A DNA stretch of 64,000 bases from Camelus ferus (Eukaryota), in contig NC_045702.1 in assembly GCF_009834535.1 (NCBI RefSeq), forward strand, positions 68,634,001 through 68,698,000, read 5' to 3'. The notes beneath the pieces are model-generated. The model worked only from the letters and a program-made list of their open reading frames with translations. It made no database searches and was not told the DNA's origin. Shown in pieces: positions 13,025-24,500 of the stretch; within the stretch, counting starts at the first letter, position 1, and every line of letters starts with the position of its first letter. The position numbers and the translations under genes are program-made.

Positions 13025-13213
13025 TTTTTTAACTGAAATATAGTCGGTTTACAATGTTATGTTAGTTTCTGGTATACAGCATAGCGATTCAGTTGTATAT
13101 ATATAACTGAGTATATGTATTCCTTTTCATATTCTTTTTCATTATAAGTTATTGCAAAATATTGAATATAGTTCCCTGTGCTATAAAGTATGACTGTGTT
13201 GTGTATCCATCTT
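13025..13213 (-). mobile_element. 5'-truncated L1 3' end
   Basis: AACTGAAATATAGTCGGTTTACAATGTT..TTTTCATATTCTTTTTCATTATAAGTTATTGCAAAATATTGAATATAGTTCCCTGTGCTATA. Confidence 0.85.
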
Positions 13214-13264
13214 ATGATATACTTTTACCAAGCTAATTGAATATTTTGTTTTAGTTCCTAGCTG

Positions 13265-13400
13265 TTTAGTTCAGTCATTCTGTCAAGTATCCAAATATGC
13301 CAGCTAAAGTGTGAGATACTCTGGGTATATCTATCAACAGGACAGACATGGTACCTGTCTTAAAGAAGCTTATAAACTGGTGAGAAAGACAGTGACAACT
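13265..13400 (-). mobile_element. L2 3' end remnant
   Basis: CAACAGGACAGACATGGTACCTGTCTTAAAGAAGCTTATAAACTGGTGAGAAAGACAG. Confidence 0.5.
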
Positions 13401-13576
13401 GAACAGACTAAGTAATTGAATTTAGTAACTGAAAGGGGTTCAGTGAGGTATAACATATTATCTCACATCAAGGACAAAGGTTGAATTATGAGGAGCATGT
13501 TATTATAATCATAATGTTTGCATTTTGGGTAGTATACGTTCCTGATTCTGAGGATGATTTTCTGACTGGATTTCAG

Positions 13577-13700
13577 TGGGCCATGACCTTTGAAGAGTGT
13601 TGACAGATTTGTGCCAACTCCACCAGGCCTTCCTGTATCTTTCATGGTTAAGGTTAAAGGTGTAGGCCCTGGTTGTAAACTAAAGAACAATCAATGGCTT
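13577..13700 (+). other. Candidate non-coding/poison exon (124 nt)
   Basis: Acceptor TTTCTGACTGGATTTCAG, donor CTT|GTAAGT; stop codons in all three frames. Confidence 0.2.
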
Positions 13701-13920
13701 GTAAGTTTTCTTATGACTGTGTTTGTTAGTATCCACTCAGGTATCAGAATTACCTGGACATTTGACATAAGAGCTTAAAATAATCCTCAGAAACAAGATA
13801 AAATAGTTCTCGAAGGCTGATGATCTGATTTTTTTCCTTTATTTACATTTATGTTTCTATTCAAGATTTAGTGAATGTGCACAACTTGTAATTCTGACTT
13901 GAGAGAGGCAGTTCTGATTG

Positions 13921-14133
13921 GAGTTGATTTGCAGATACTAACTACTATATATAAAATAGATAAACAAGTTTATACTTTATAGCACATGGGACTATATTCA
14001 GTATCTTGTAATAACCTGTAATGATAAAGAATATGAAAATGAATATATGTGTGTATATGTATGACTGAATTGTTATGCTGTACATCAGAAGTTGACACAT
14101 TGTAAATTGACTATACTTCAATAAGAAAAAAAA
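13921..14133 (+). mobile_element. 5'-truncated L1 3' end with A tail
   Basis: TTTGCAGATACTAACTACTATATATAAAATAGATAAACAAG..TTGTAAATTGACTATACTTCAATAAGAAAAAAAA. Confidence 0.85.
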
Positions 14134-14365
14134 GATTACTATAATAGGTTTGGTTAGCATTCATCATCTCATATAGATACAATAAAAATAGCAAAAGATG
14201 CATGTATATAAGAATAGAAAAAAAGAAAGGTTGTCACCCAGGCCAACAAACAGTAAAATAGATCCTAAAAGCAACCATAGCTCTTCAAACTTGCTGGGAG
14301 TAACTAGGGGGATGGGGTTTATTTCTCAATTTTGTCATCTTCCCTTGGCTCATCCTCTTCACTTG

Positions 14366-14480
14366 CTTTTTTAAAATATAATTTTTACTAATTATTATTT
14401 TTTGAACTTTTTTTAAATGGAGGTACTGGGGATTGAACCCAGGACCTCGTGCATGCTAAGCACGAGCTATACCCTCCCCC
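14366..14480 (-). mobile_element. Camelid tRNA-derived SINE (Vic-1 type) with internal deletion
   Basis: Reverse complement reads GGGGGAGGGTATAGCTC-GTGCTTAGCATGCACGAGGTCCTGGGTTCAATCCCCAGTACCTCC plus A-rich tail; 14 nt shorter than the 9089 copy. Confidence 0.9.
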
Positions 14481-14671
14481 ACACCCCTGTCACTTGTATC
14501 CTCTCACACAGCAGGTCAAATGAAAGTCTGATACATGGTGGATGCTGCAGAGATTCTGCAAGGCACACGGGCATTTGTATTTGGCACAAAGCTATTTCAC
14601 TCTTTATTTTCCATCATGCCAAGAGCAAAATTTTAAAAGAACATTAAAAAATTTCTCTACCTGGTTCACAG

Positions 14672-14746
14672 ATTAAGCCCACCCAGGCTGAAAAGTAAAG
14701 TAAGACTTAGTGCCACCTTGACTCTCATGGCCAACCAGGCAAGCAG
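14672..14746 (+). other. Candidate internal exon (75 nt, symmetric phase 2)
   Basis: Acceptor TTTCTCTACCTGGTTCACAG, consensus donor CAG|GTAAGT; one open frame, LSPPRLKSKVRLSATLTLMANQAS. No recognised homologue. Confidence 0.25.
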
Positions 14747-15188
14747 GTAAGTCATTTGAGAAGATTTCCAACCTTAATCCTTTGAAAATTGATCTCACCT
14801 CAGGGGGATACCAAATCATATTCTCCATCTAAATATCCCTACTTTAAACCACACTTACTCAACAAGTTTTGTAGGAGAGAAAAATGTTCTGTTTTGAAAT
14901 AATATGATTTCATGATAAAGAAAGTGCTTTGTTCTTATTTTAAGAAGTTAAATTATGCCTCTTTTTAAGTTAGTTTTTATTATAATTTATTATAAAATGA
15001 ATACTATCACGTGTTTATATATTCTTTGAAAGCTTATAAAGAAAAGCATGAATATTTCCAAAGACAAGAAAGTAAACATTTCAGCCAAAAGTAATTTCTG
15101 CCACAGAGTTAAGCAGCAATAAATAACAAAGGCCAACTTGTTTTTAAAAAGTAAAATGCTCCATGAATAGTTGTTTGTGCAAACTTCA

Positions 15189-15190
<2 letters not shown>

Positions 15191-15236
<46 letters not shown>
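15191..15236. repeat. (TAA)15 microsatellite
   Basis: Perfect trinucleotide run. Confidence 0.95.
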
Positions 15237-15237
<1 letters not shown>

Positions 15238-15294
15238 TAATGTTTATCTCCTTAACATTGTTTTAGATTAACATAGAATATGTTACAGAAGCAA

Positions 15295-15460
15295 GAGGCT
15301 TGACTTATGAGATAGGTGACCCCGATTTTAGTCTGTGCTCTGCCATCAATTAGCTGTTTTATTTTATATAATTCCCTTAACCTCTCTTGGTTAAATTCAA
15401 TTATCCTTAAAATTGGAGAATTTGACTATATTATCTCCTAGGTCCCTGGAAGCTCTAAAA
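15295..15460 (+). mobile_element. MIR remnant
   Basis: GCTCTGCCATCAATTAGCTG..CCCTTAACCTCTCTTGG..TAAAATTGG..GTCCCTGGAAGCTCTAAAATCTCTGAT. Confidence 0.5.
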
Positions 15461-15757
15461 TCTCTGATGCTAAAAGGCCAATATCACATAATTTCCCCCT
15501 CCATCAGTTTACATGCCTCTACCTGGCCCAGTTTTCATCAGGGTTCATATAAACTAATGACATGAGTGTTGTGTCCTAGGATAAACTACTTCAAAGTTAT
15601 GTTTCACTTCTTATTTTTTCTTAAAATATGTTTTAAAATGTATGTATCAAATAATTAGCATTTTAATTCCAACAATTAGGCCATATGAGATATATTAGAA
15701 ACACTGTTCTAGTTCTGTAGGATAATAAGGATTGCTAAATATTCTAGTACATATGTT

Positions 15758-15780
15758 TGTGTGTGTGTGTGTGTGTGTGT
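15758..15780. repeat. (TG)11 microsatellite
   Basis: Direct reading. Confidence 0.9.
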
Positions 15781-16319
15781 ACTTTTTTTTCGCCGGTTGA
15801 CAACTTCAGGCTATTTATTGATCCAGGATACTAGAAGAAGAAAAATTTTCCAACAAAAGAAAGAGAGGAAGGGAGGAAGGGAGAAAGGAAGGAAGGAAGA
15901 GGTAGTAAGAGCAAGAAAAGCCTTCTACTAGTTGTGCAGGAAGGTTTATTTTGTTAGCAAGAGGAGTCACTGTGAGATTGCTCATTGATCAGCCGTATGT
16001 GTGAGTAGCAAATTAGAACCATTCGTTTTCCTTGAGCTGGAGTTGCAATTCTCAGGAGTGGTGTGGATATACTGATGGGTCATGATTAGATGGAGGTGAA
16101 TTTCAAGTAATTTGATATTTGTTAAAGGAGCAAACTTTGCAAATGATTTTCTTTAAAGTAAATCAGAACACATTTAGGTTAAGCCTATAATAATAACCCC
16201 TTTGCTTCCATTCTGACATTCTGTCTAGAGAGGAACAAAGGGGTAGAGTAATCTAGGTCTGTGAATTGTTCATAACTCTGATAGTGAGTGCCTCTCTACT
16301 CAAGGAAACTCTTTGGATG

Positions 16320-16580
16320 AAAAGTTACACAAACTGAATTCAATTTAGCCTAAGGAAAGAGGTAAATTATTGGAAAGGACGAGGATAGAGGATTGCCTTA
16401 GACTTTACTAAAGCAGGCAGTCAAGTATTGAGCCTTTCTCTCTCATTTTCACCCGTGCCACCTTGGCTTCACTTCTCTACTGAAGACCATGTATTCCGGT
16501 AAGCTGGAGGTGTGACGGCAAATGTTACAGTTAGCCTCATCCTAGCTTGGGACTCCAAATGGAAAAGCAGAGTTCTCCGT
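16320..16580 (-). mobile_element. Old MaLR LTR (MLT1J/K-like) remnant
   Basis: AACTGAATTCAATTTAGCCTAAGGAAAGAGGTAAATTATTGG..TTGGCTTCACTTCTC..GGAAAAGCAGAG. Confidence 0.5.
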
Positions 16581-16598
16581 CTCAGTGTATGTATATAT

Positions 16599-16600
<2 letters not shown>

Positions 16601-16628
<28 letters not shown>
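16601..16628. repeat. (AC)14 microsatellite
   Basis: Direct reading. Confidence 0.9.
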
Positions 16629-16634
<6 letters not shown>

Positions 16635-17374
16635 TGAGCATCTAGGTATACTGAGCATGTACATACATAAAGACATATCTCTCAGGGAAAAACTGTGTTT
16701 CACTCAGTTTACTAATTTGGTACCACTTCCTCCTTGTAGGCAAATCATCATGTCTATAGAGAAAAGATAATGTACCTGGAGGATCACATTACAATGACAT
16801 ACAGCTCCCCAAAATAAACAGGATACTAATAAGGAAGGAGTGTCCAAAAACAGTAATTCTCTGCTGAGCTGAATGCATAGAATTTTTATGTCTAATTAAT
16901 TCAATTATTCCCTTCAATAACATTTAGAGAATGGAAATAAAGGAATAGAGTTTCCTAGTCACCATTTCCATTTTAATAGCTGCCCCAATGCAGTTCTAAT
17001 GTAGTTTGCATACTTATTGCTATAAAAGATTCAGGCAGTTTACAAACAAAAATGAAATTAATACAACAGTCAGGCTTTCAACCGTGCAAAATATTTTTTA
17101 AAGTATGTAATATGGTTTATAAAGGGAAAAAAAGGGGGGTTTCTGCCTTAAAGCTACAGCCTTCATTTCATAGCAATGACTAAAAAAAACGTTGATTTAG
17201 TTTCGTTAACTAGTTTGTGTGTGTGTTTGTATGTGTGGGTGTTAAAAAATACTTGAAGATTTCTTTAGATATTTTAGACATTTAAATGACCACTGAATCA
17301 CTTTTGTCATAGCTCTGACTTTCCAACTGTTTTGTGCAGACACAGTCACAAAGCTAAAGGCAATCTTGTTTAAG

Positions 17375-17510
17375 CAACAAGGATACACTGTACAGCGTAG
17401 GGAATTATGACCTATAATGGATTACAGTATGCAAAGATATGGCATCACTATGCTGTACACCAGAAACTAATGTAATATTGTAAATCAACTCTACTTCAAT
17501 AAAAATAAAT
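17375..17510 (+). mobile_element. L1 3' end remnant
   Basis: CTGTACAGCGTAGGGAATTAT..CACTATGCTGTACACCAGAAACTAATGTAATATTGTAAATCAACTCTACTTCAATAAAAATAAA. Confidence 0.6.
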
Positions 17511-20500
17511 CTGCAGAGGTCATCTTGTTACTTTTGACATTATAATATCTTCATTCTTATTAAAGACTTGAAAGTAAAAGTATATATATTATTAAATATA
17601 GGTCTTCCTAAGTGGAGATACTTGGAAAAAATTCCATTTTTAAAGAGCCAGACTGTTGCTTACAAGTTAGACTTACACTTTGTTGAGATTAGGTAAAGGA
17701 TGTTGTTTATTGCCATTTGCTGAAAAATTTCCCCAGTTTTAGGCAAAAGCACTTGGTTCTTAGAATTAAAAACTAAAGTAACTGATCCCTGCCATTAAGA
17801 AGTTGGTAATCGTGCACATTTGTAAGGAGGCAGGATAGAGATAAGAGGGTATTTGGAACATATTCTTTAAATAATATACTTAAAAATGTGTAAGTACTTA
17901 AAAAGATGTTGTCATACTTTTCTAAAGTTGGTAAAATTCATTTGACAGGTATTTTTACCCAATATGTTGAAAATTAAATTAGGGACTATGAAATGACTTT
18001 CATAAATTTGTCTGTATTTCACTTATAATCTCTGTTATTTCTATGTGTATGATAAACAAGCTGTAACTGTGATTTGATAGACACATCAGTGATTAGGTAA
18101 TGCTTATATATAAGGTTGTAAATATTCTTAATAAGCTCTTGTGTAGAATATTCACAACATTCTTGAAACGTTCTCACAAGTCCTGTGGTGACCAAACCTC
18201 AGCTAATTCATCATTCCTATTTTCTCACTCACCAGCTAGAGCAATTTCCTTCCATTTGTGTGCCAGTTGGCACTTCAAGCTTCTTTTCAATTATGTTTTT
18301 AATTTTTTTGAGTTGTATTTGGCCTCCACTTTCATTGCAATTTTAGTTAGTACCTCTCTCTCACTAGATGACTCATAAGCCATCTTTTTTCTTTATTAAC
18401 TCAAAAATGTCAATTCCCCAAACTTGCCGAAGGGTGATGAATTCATATTCTACAGTTACAGACTCACACCGAAGCTGTTTAATTTTCAGTCTCATAGCCG
18501 TTCCCGCCAACACTCTGTAATGTTGAAGTGGCCTTTTGTTTTTCCTGCTGTTGTGATACTATTAGGAAAAGTTTTCTAAAACATCGCTTTGACCGATCCG
18601 ACAATGGTCAGTGGACCCTCATTTCTTACTACATTATGTTCAAATTCTTCGTCTAGCGTTCAAGAAAACTCATTCATGCTGTGACCCCAATAATTTTATA
18701 GTGGTGTTTTTACTATTTATTATGTACCATGAACCACTGTCTAATGCCTCATGTATCAGTTGTATCACTTGTGCATTAAAACACATCGTGGGCTTCATGT
18801 AAGCAAGACTGCTGGTTGATAGGAGGCAGAGTGCTCAGAGTTTGGGGAGGGAAGGTTCTTGGGAAGGTGGCAGGGAGGAGACCTGCTTTTTAGGTTTTGC
18901 CTACAGGGCTGAACCGAGTAGTGCAGACAGAGGTATGTGCAGGGAGATTTTCAAATCGGCAAGCATGGTAGACATAGTAGAATGTAAATATTTAGTTCTG
19001 GTTCATTCAAATTATTTCTGAACAGAATAGTATAGCCCTCTGATTACTGAAAGAAAAAAGCAGAACACAATTATAATGAATTCATATTAAGTACTGCTTC
19101 TTCAGTGAGGCATTAGACAGTGGTTCATGGTTGCAAGACTCCATTCTGGAATTAGGTTCAGCAGACTGTCTCCTTGTAGTCACAGAAAAAAGGAGGCACA
19201 AGCTAAAGCAAAAGCAATAGCTTTGGAATCAAAGGACTATGATTAGATTAAAATCTCAGCCCTCATTCCTGGGGAAGTTTATTAAATTTCCGAGCCCGCG
19301 TTAAAGTTCTGAAAACTTCAAAACAAAACTTAGGTAGAAATCTTGAACTATGAATTAGGGTAATCTGGGCTTGGAAATGTGTGCTATTGAGTTCAGACAT
19401 CAGCAGAGCTGAGAGTTGCTAGGGAAAGGGGCAAGTAGGTCGATGGTTGGGATAAGAACTCAAAATAGCGGCCACACAAGAAACCTGCTTTAGAAAACTG
19501 GGGAAGAAGTTTGGACAGCTTCAACCCTTGTAAGAATCTGGGAACAAACTAGTCAACATTAAGATATGATGGCCCAGGACAGCTTACCAGAAACAGTGAC
19601 TTGGTATCAATTTTTACTGCAGAGCCAAGCAAAGATCTGTTTAGGAGGAGAATGTGCGGGCTAAAGTCAGACTTAAGCAGACTAAAGAAGAGCTCCAAAG
19701 CCCTCCCCCTCCGAATTCAAAAACAAATTTTGTTTTTTAGGCATGGGTGTGGCTCATTCTCATGATGAATAATGTTCCAGCGCACCAGAGATCAGTTTAG
19801 TTACAACGAGCACCTCAGATCTGTGCACATGAATGCAGTTTATCTGAACCACAGGGTCCACAGTTGGTTGGAAGTCTAATGAAAATACGCTATCTTAATA
19901 TATCTGGTATCCCTGAATTTATTGCTATTACAGGAGCCAGAAAAGAAACCACGGGAGTAATTTTTCTTATAGAACTTGGCTCTTCAACTGCCATCCTTAG
20001 CCAGAAGCCAAATGCGTATTCAAGAAAATTAAAGAGAACAGAGGAAAGAGTTATCCCCGCTGTTGTAGGCCCCCCACGTAGTCTGCTTCAGGTTACTGTT
20101 TACTTTCCTCAGATATTTACATTCTCTCCTAACACATTCTGGAATCATCACGTTGAATTGTCTAAAGTATTCCATCTATGTGAAGAGCTGAGAAGATATC
20201 TGTAAACTTGTATTGGCAAGAAGATAGACTACTGAACGTGTGAAATATTCATTGATTAAACAAAAACAAAGACTGAACTAATACAAGAAAAAGAAAAAAA
20301 TAACACAATGTCATAAACAGTAATGGAGGATCAATCATCCATGTCTCTTTGGTGGCAGCAGTGACAATGCTGACTCATTCATAATTTGTTTACATATTTC
20401 ATTTAAGAAGAAATTAGTTTATGTTACATTTTACATTTAACAGTTTCAGCATGCCAGAATACATTTTTCCCCTTATTCAACTGTCAGTTCTAACACTCTA

Positions 20501-20762
20501 AAAAAACAGTTCACTAATCATTATTGTAGTTCATATTGAGATGCATTATTTCCATTTAGGACCAAGAGTCATGGTTCTGATTATTGTATATATCTAATAT
20601 GCACTTTCCTTTTAATAAGCACTGGAGAGATGTATGATAGGTCTCCTGTTTTCAAATACTTTCAAAACTGATGTAGGAAATAATGCGTATGAAAAATCAT
20701 TTCTGGAGATAACTATTAAAGGCAGTGCGTGGTGTGTATGGATGTGTGTGAGAGAGAGAACC

Positions 20763-20915
20763 GTAACAGCAAACACTTATAAAGCATCAGCTCTGTGCCA
20801 GACTTGTTATAAATGCTTCATATGTAAATATATATATAATTTAATAATAACTTAATCCTATAACAAACTATGTGCTAGATACTTTTATTAAACCCATTTC
20901 ATAGACACAGAGGGA
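20763..20915 (-). mobile_element. MIR remnant
   Basis: AACAGCAAACACTTATAAAGCA..TGTGCCAGAC..TAATCCTATAACAAAC..ATTAAACCCATTTCATAGA. Confidence 0.55.
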
Positions 20916-21570
20916 CACACTGTATAACGTATCCCAATGAGGGAATTGAAAAGTAATGCGAAGACAAGCTAAGAAAAAGATGCATGTCCTGTTGCCAAGA
21001 TTAAAATTATAGACACTTTAGAAGATGGGGATTTTCTAGTTCTGAGGCAAGCTTTCCTGACCTTGTGCTTTGCACTCCCTCAGTATTTTCCAAGTGAGAG
21101 TGATTAGGACTTTCAGACCTTGAGTGTTCCTGGCTGCACACATGTGGTTGTCCCCAAGATTAGACAGGAGCACAAATTCCATCACAGGACCAGGTAATGT
21201 AATATATTTTAGAATGTATTTGGGAATTGCTTTAAAAATTGGGTCTGTGGCAAAATATATTGCACAACGGCTAATAAAAAGGGAAGATACCATAAGTAAA
21301 TGAAAAAGTTCCATTTGCTAAAGTGTATAATTGCCATAATTTATTTTTTAGTTATGCCACATTTTGAAAGACCTATACATTGATAATTCAGACCCAAAAT
21401 TATAGCTTTTTAAAGACAACCTTTTCCACTTCCTCCACAAATAACCATAAGTTTTTGTCTTTCCATGGATCATCCATAAGACATATTCTTTCTGTATGCT
21501 TGACCTCAACACTCTGAATCAACCTGGCAGTTGCCACAAGCTCTTAGTCTACACTTTGTGAAATACTTAC

Positions 21571-21593
21571 CTGACCTGTAAGGCTGATGGAAA
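21571..21593 (-). other. Candidate 23-nt micro-exon
   Basis: On -: ATTATTCTTCTTGTTTAG|TTTCCATCAGCCTTACAGGTCAG|GTAAGTA. Both splice sites are near consensus. Confidence 0.25.
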
Positions 21594-24500
21594 CTAAACA
21601 AGAAGAATAATCATTTACATGTTTGCCAAACTAGTACTAGGGCTAGTCTACCTAGTATTGATGAATTAAAATTTGGTTTAAATTTAAATGTTTATACTGG
21701 TTATATTTGTTTAAAAATTGATTCATTACCCACACATTTATAGGTAAATTTATACATACAGCTATAGTTATGGATATACATATAAATTTCCTTAGCTCTT
21801 TCTCTCCTGGGAAGTAATTTAATGCAGAATAGTTACCGTCTTCTAAAAATGTTGAATGTGTGTTATTGAATATGTACATTAGTATGATTATATATTGAAA
21901 ATACAGCAATCCTGAAATGGCCGTTATAAATAAGGTATACTTACTATGGTTTCTTAATTGATAAAAAGCAGTAATGTGATCAAAGTAGCATTAAACTTAG
22001 AGATGTAAGTGTACAGAGACCTCACAGACAAGGTCAGAAACATATAACCTTGATTTTATAGATGTTCTTAGTTCAAAGGAAACTGTATATATGTTAAAAA
22101 AAAATCTCTGTTAAAAGAAGATATCAATATTCAGTTTAATGAATGATTGTAAGAGTTATAAATAGTATTAGTGGTATATTGCTGTTCCCATTATAGTGTC
22201 TGATACAGACTATTTATTAAACATATGTGATTATGATAATGATGATGAGTTATATTTTATTCATTTTGTTCTGCCTTAAAGCTCTTAAAGATACACTTGG
22301 CTTAAAAGTTTCAGCCATTCTCATATCATTTTATTTTCTCATTTATCATTCACTTGTGCACTTAACAAGTATTTCTGACTAACAACTAAATGGGAGGCAC
22401 CATTCTATTTGCTGTAGATGCAATGAAGTATAGAAAATGTCTTTGAAAAAATTTCGGCAGATGAAGACATAGAGTGCCAGGAACCCTTGCCACGTATTGG
22501 TATCCTCAGTGACCCTTGATCTAGACCTCTCCCTTTCACCAGAAACAGCAGGTGGCCTTGCCCTAATTTTATGGCACATTATACTTCCAAGTGTTCCACT
22601 TCCTTTTTTACTGGGCTAATCTCCCAGTTCTTCGCTTACGTCTTCGTTTAATGTCTTCTCCTAACTAATGTCTATTCCTAACTAAACTAACTAATTTATG
22701 GCATCTGCATCTCCTCCTGGGTACCATTTGATTGTAGGAAGGGAAGATTCTACCTCTTTCCCAGCACCATAAATGTTCCTGTTTTCTTTTCTAAAGTACC
22801 TAGGATTTATTACAGCAAAATTAAATGATAGTTGTTCATTTTCAGCTTCTCCTTTTTTTCTCAGTAGCATATTCAGAGCACAATTTCCCCAAACTGTTCC
22901 CCAGAACCTTCCCCATCCCACCCCCCAATACACGCAAACAAATGTATGTATCTTTGTGTCTTTCACCTGAGAAGTCAGTCTTGCATAGATTTAGGGAGCC
23001 GATTTCTGTTCTCAAAAATCAGTGGGGTGAAGCAGAAAATTTAGAAAATTTACTCATCTCCTTGGTGGTAATTTACCCTGGTGCTGGCATTCAGATCAAA
23101 GACATAAGAAACAAACTCTATCTAAAAAGTATACAACTTACAGAAAATTCATAGGAAAAAAGTATTCTGCATAACCTATCCTCTTTGGTATAAACTGAGT
23201 GAAAAAAGTTGTTGACAATCACCATTGATTAGTTAAAAATACAGTGTGGTTTTTCAATGTTCAAATGCTTTATTTTAATCTTCTTGGAAAAAGAATTCAT
23301 ATGAAAGTACATAAAATACAGGTATCTCGACATTGAAGTTGTTCAAACATATTGGTCTCAAAAATGTAAGCTCATCATAAGATATCTTATATCTTTGCCA
23401 GAACTTCAGTTTCTTGGTCATGGAAACCAGTCTTGTGCAATAAGGGAAATAAAACAGATGGCAAAGCCACAGCTCAGAAAATAAAAAAAATAATCATCCC
23501 TTCTGGTTTAGATAATCCCTAGAGTTTTTCCTTTGAAATAGAACTAGTTTCCTATAGCAATACCTTAAAAAGAAGAATGAGGTTTTGTGGTTGGAATTTA
23601 TGACTATAAGTGAGGAATCCTAGGTTGTAATTTTGGTTGCACCATTCATGCATTGTCTCTTGGATCAGTAAAATAGCACTGATTAATAAATAAATATTGA
23701 CAGACTGTTTCTAGGGCTCTGTGAAAAGCACACGAGGCAAATATTCATTGTCACCAGAACTATTTAAAATATTATTATTCAAATATCAGATGGCAAGAAA
23801 AATGAAACAGGAGAGATTATTTCTACCAGTCTAAAAATATGTAGAATCATACAGAAACCAAGAATGGATTGTCTGGTTTTTTTTCCTTTTTTTTCACAAG
23901 GTTGAAAGAATTGTATTGAAAGGGTAGAATTATCTTCTCAAAATACAGCATATAACTCTTTCTTTGGATTTCCATGTCACATTTTTTCTTTCCTCTGAAC
24001 TTTTACACAGTGGGAAAAAATTCCTCAAGAGTTCAATAGAAACATCACATTACTAAACATCCATCCATCTGTGAATCCCCATTGTACACAGGAAGTGAGG
24101 TGAATTTAATAAAAGTCACAACTAAGCCAGGGCAGCATCTGACCTTTGGAAATAGAAGCTTATAATCAGAAGGCTAGTTCCTACGGAAACCTGAAGTTTT
24201 ATCTGCCCACTGACCTCCAAGAAGGAACAAACTAAGTAAATGAAGTGCTGGATGTGAGTCTAGATGATGAAGGAGGTGGAACCTGTCATGCTCCCATGCT
24301 GCATAAGAATGTGTTGTCAGAAAAAAGGTAGAGAACGAAGCATTGAACACGAAGACTTGATCTCAGAGCTTTAAAGTGAGAGGTGGTTCTCTCTCATATG
24401 AGATAAAGAATGAGTATTTGCAATGGCTTTTGAGTTATCACAGAAAAGGTATGAGCACAAAAAATTCAATACCGTTCTATTTAATGTCTGAAATAGAACA

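Noticed and set aside
16585-16770. Thr-His repeat ORFs (also 40191-40376)
   Set aside because: These are translations of (CA)n microsatellites.
22430-22520. Protein-like peptide SIENVFEKISADEDIECQEPLPRIG
   Set aside because: It is bounded by in-frame stops, with no usable acceptor and a weak donor (GTATCC).
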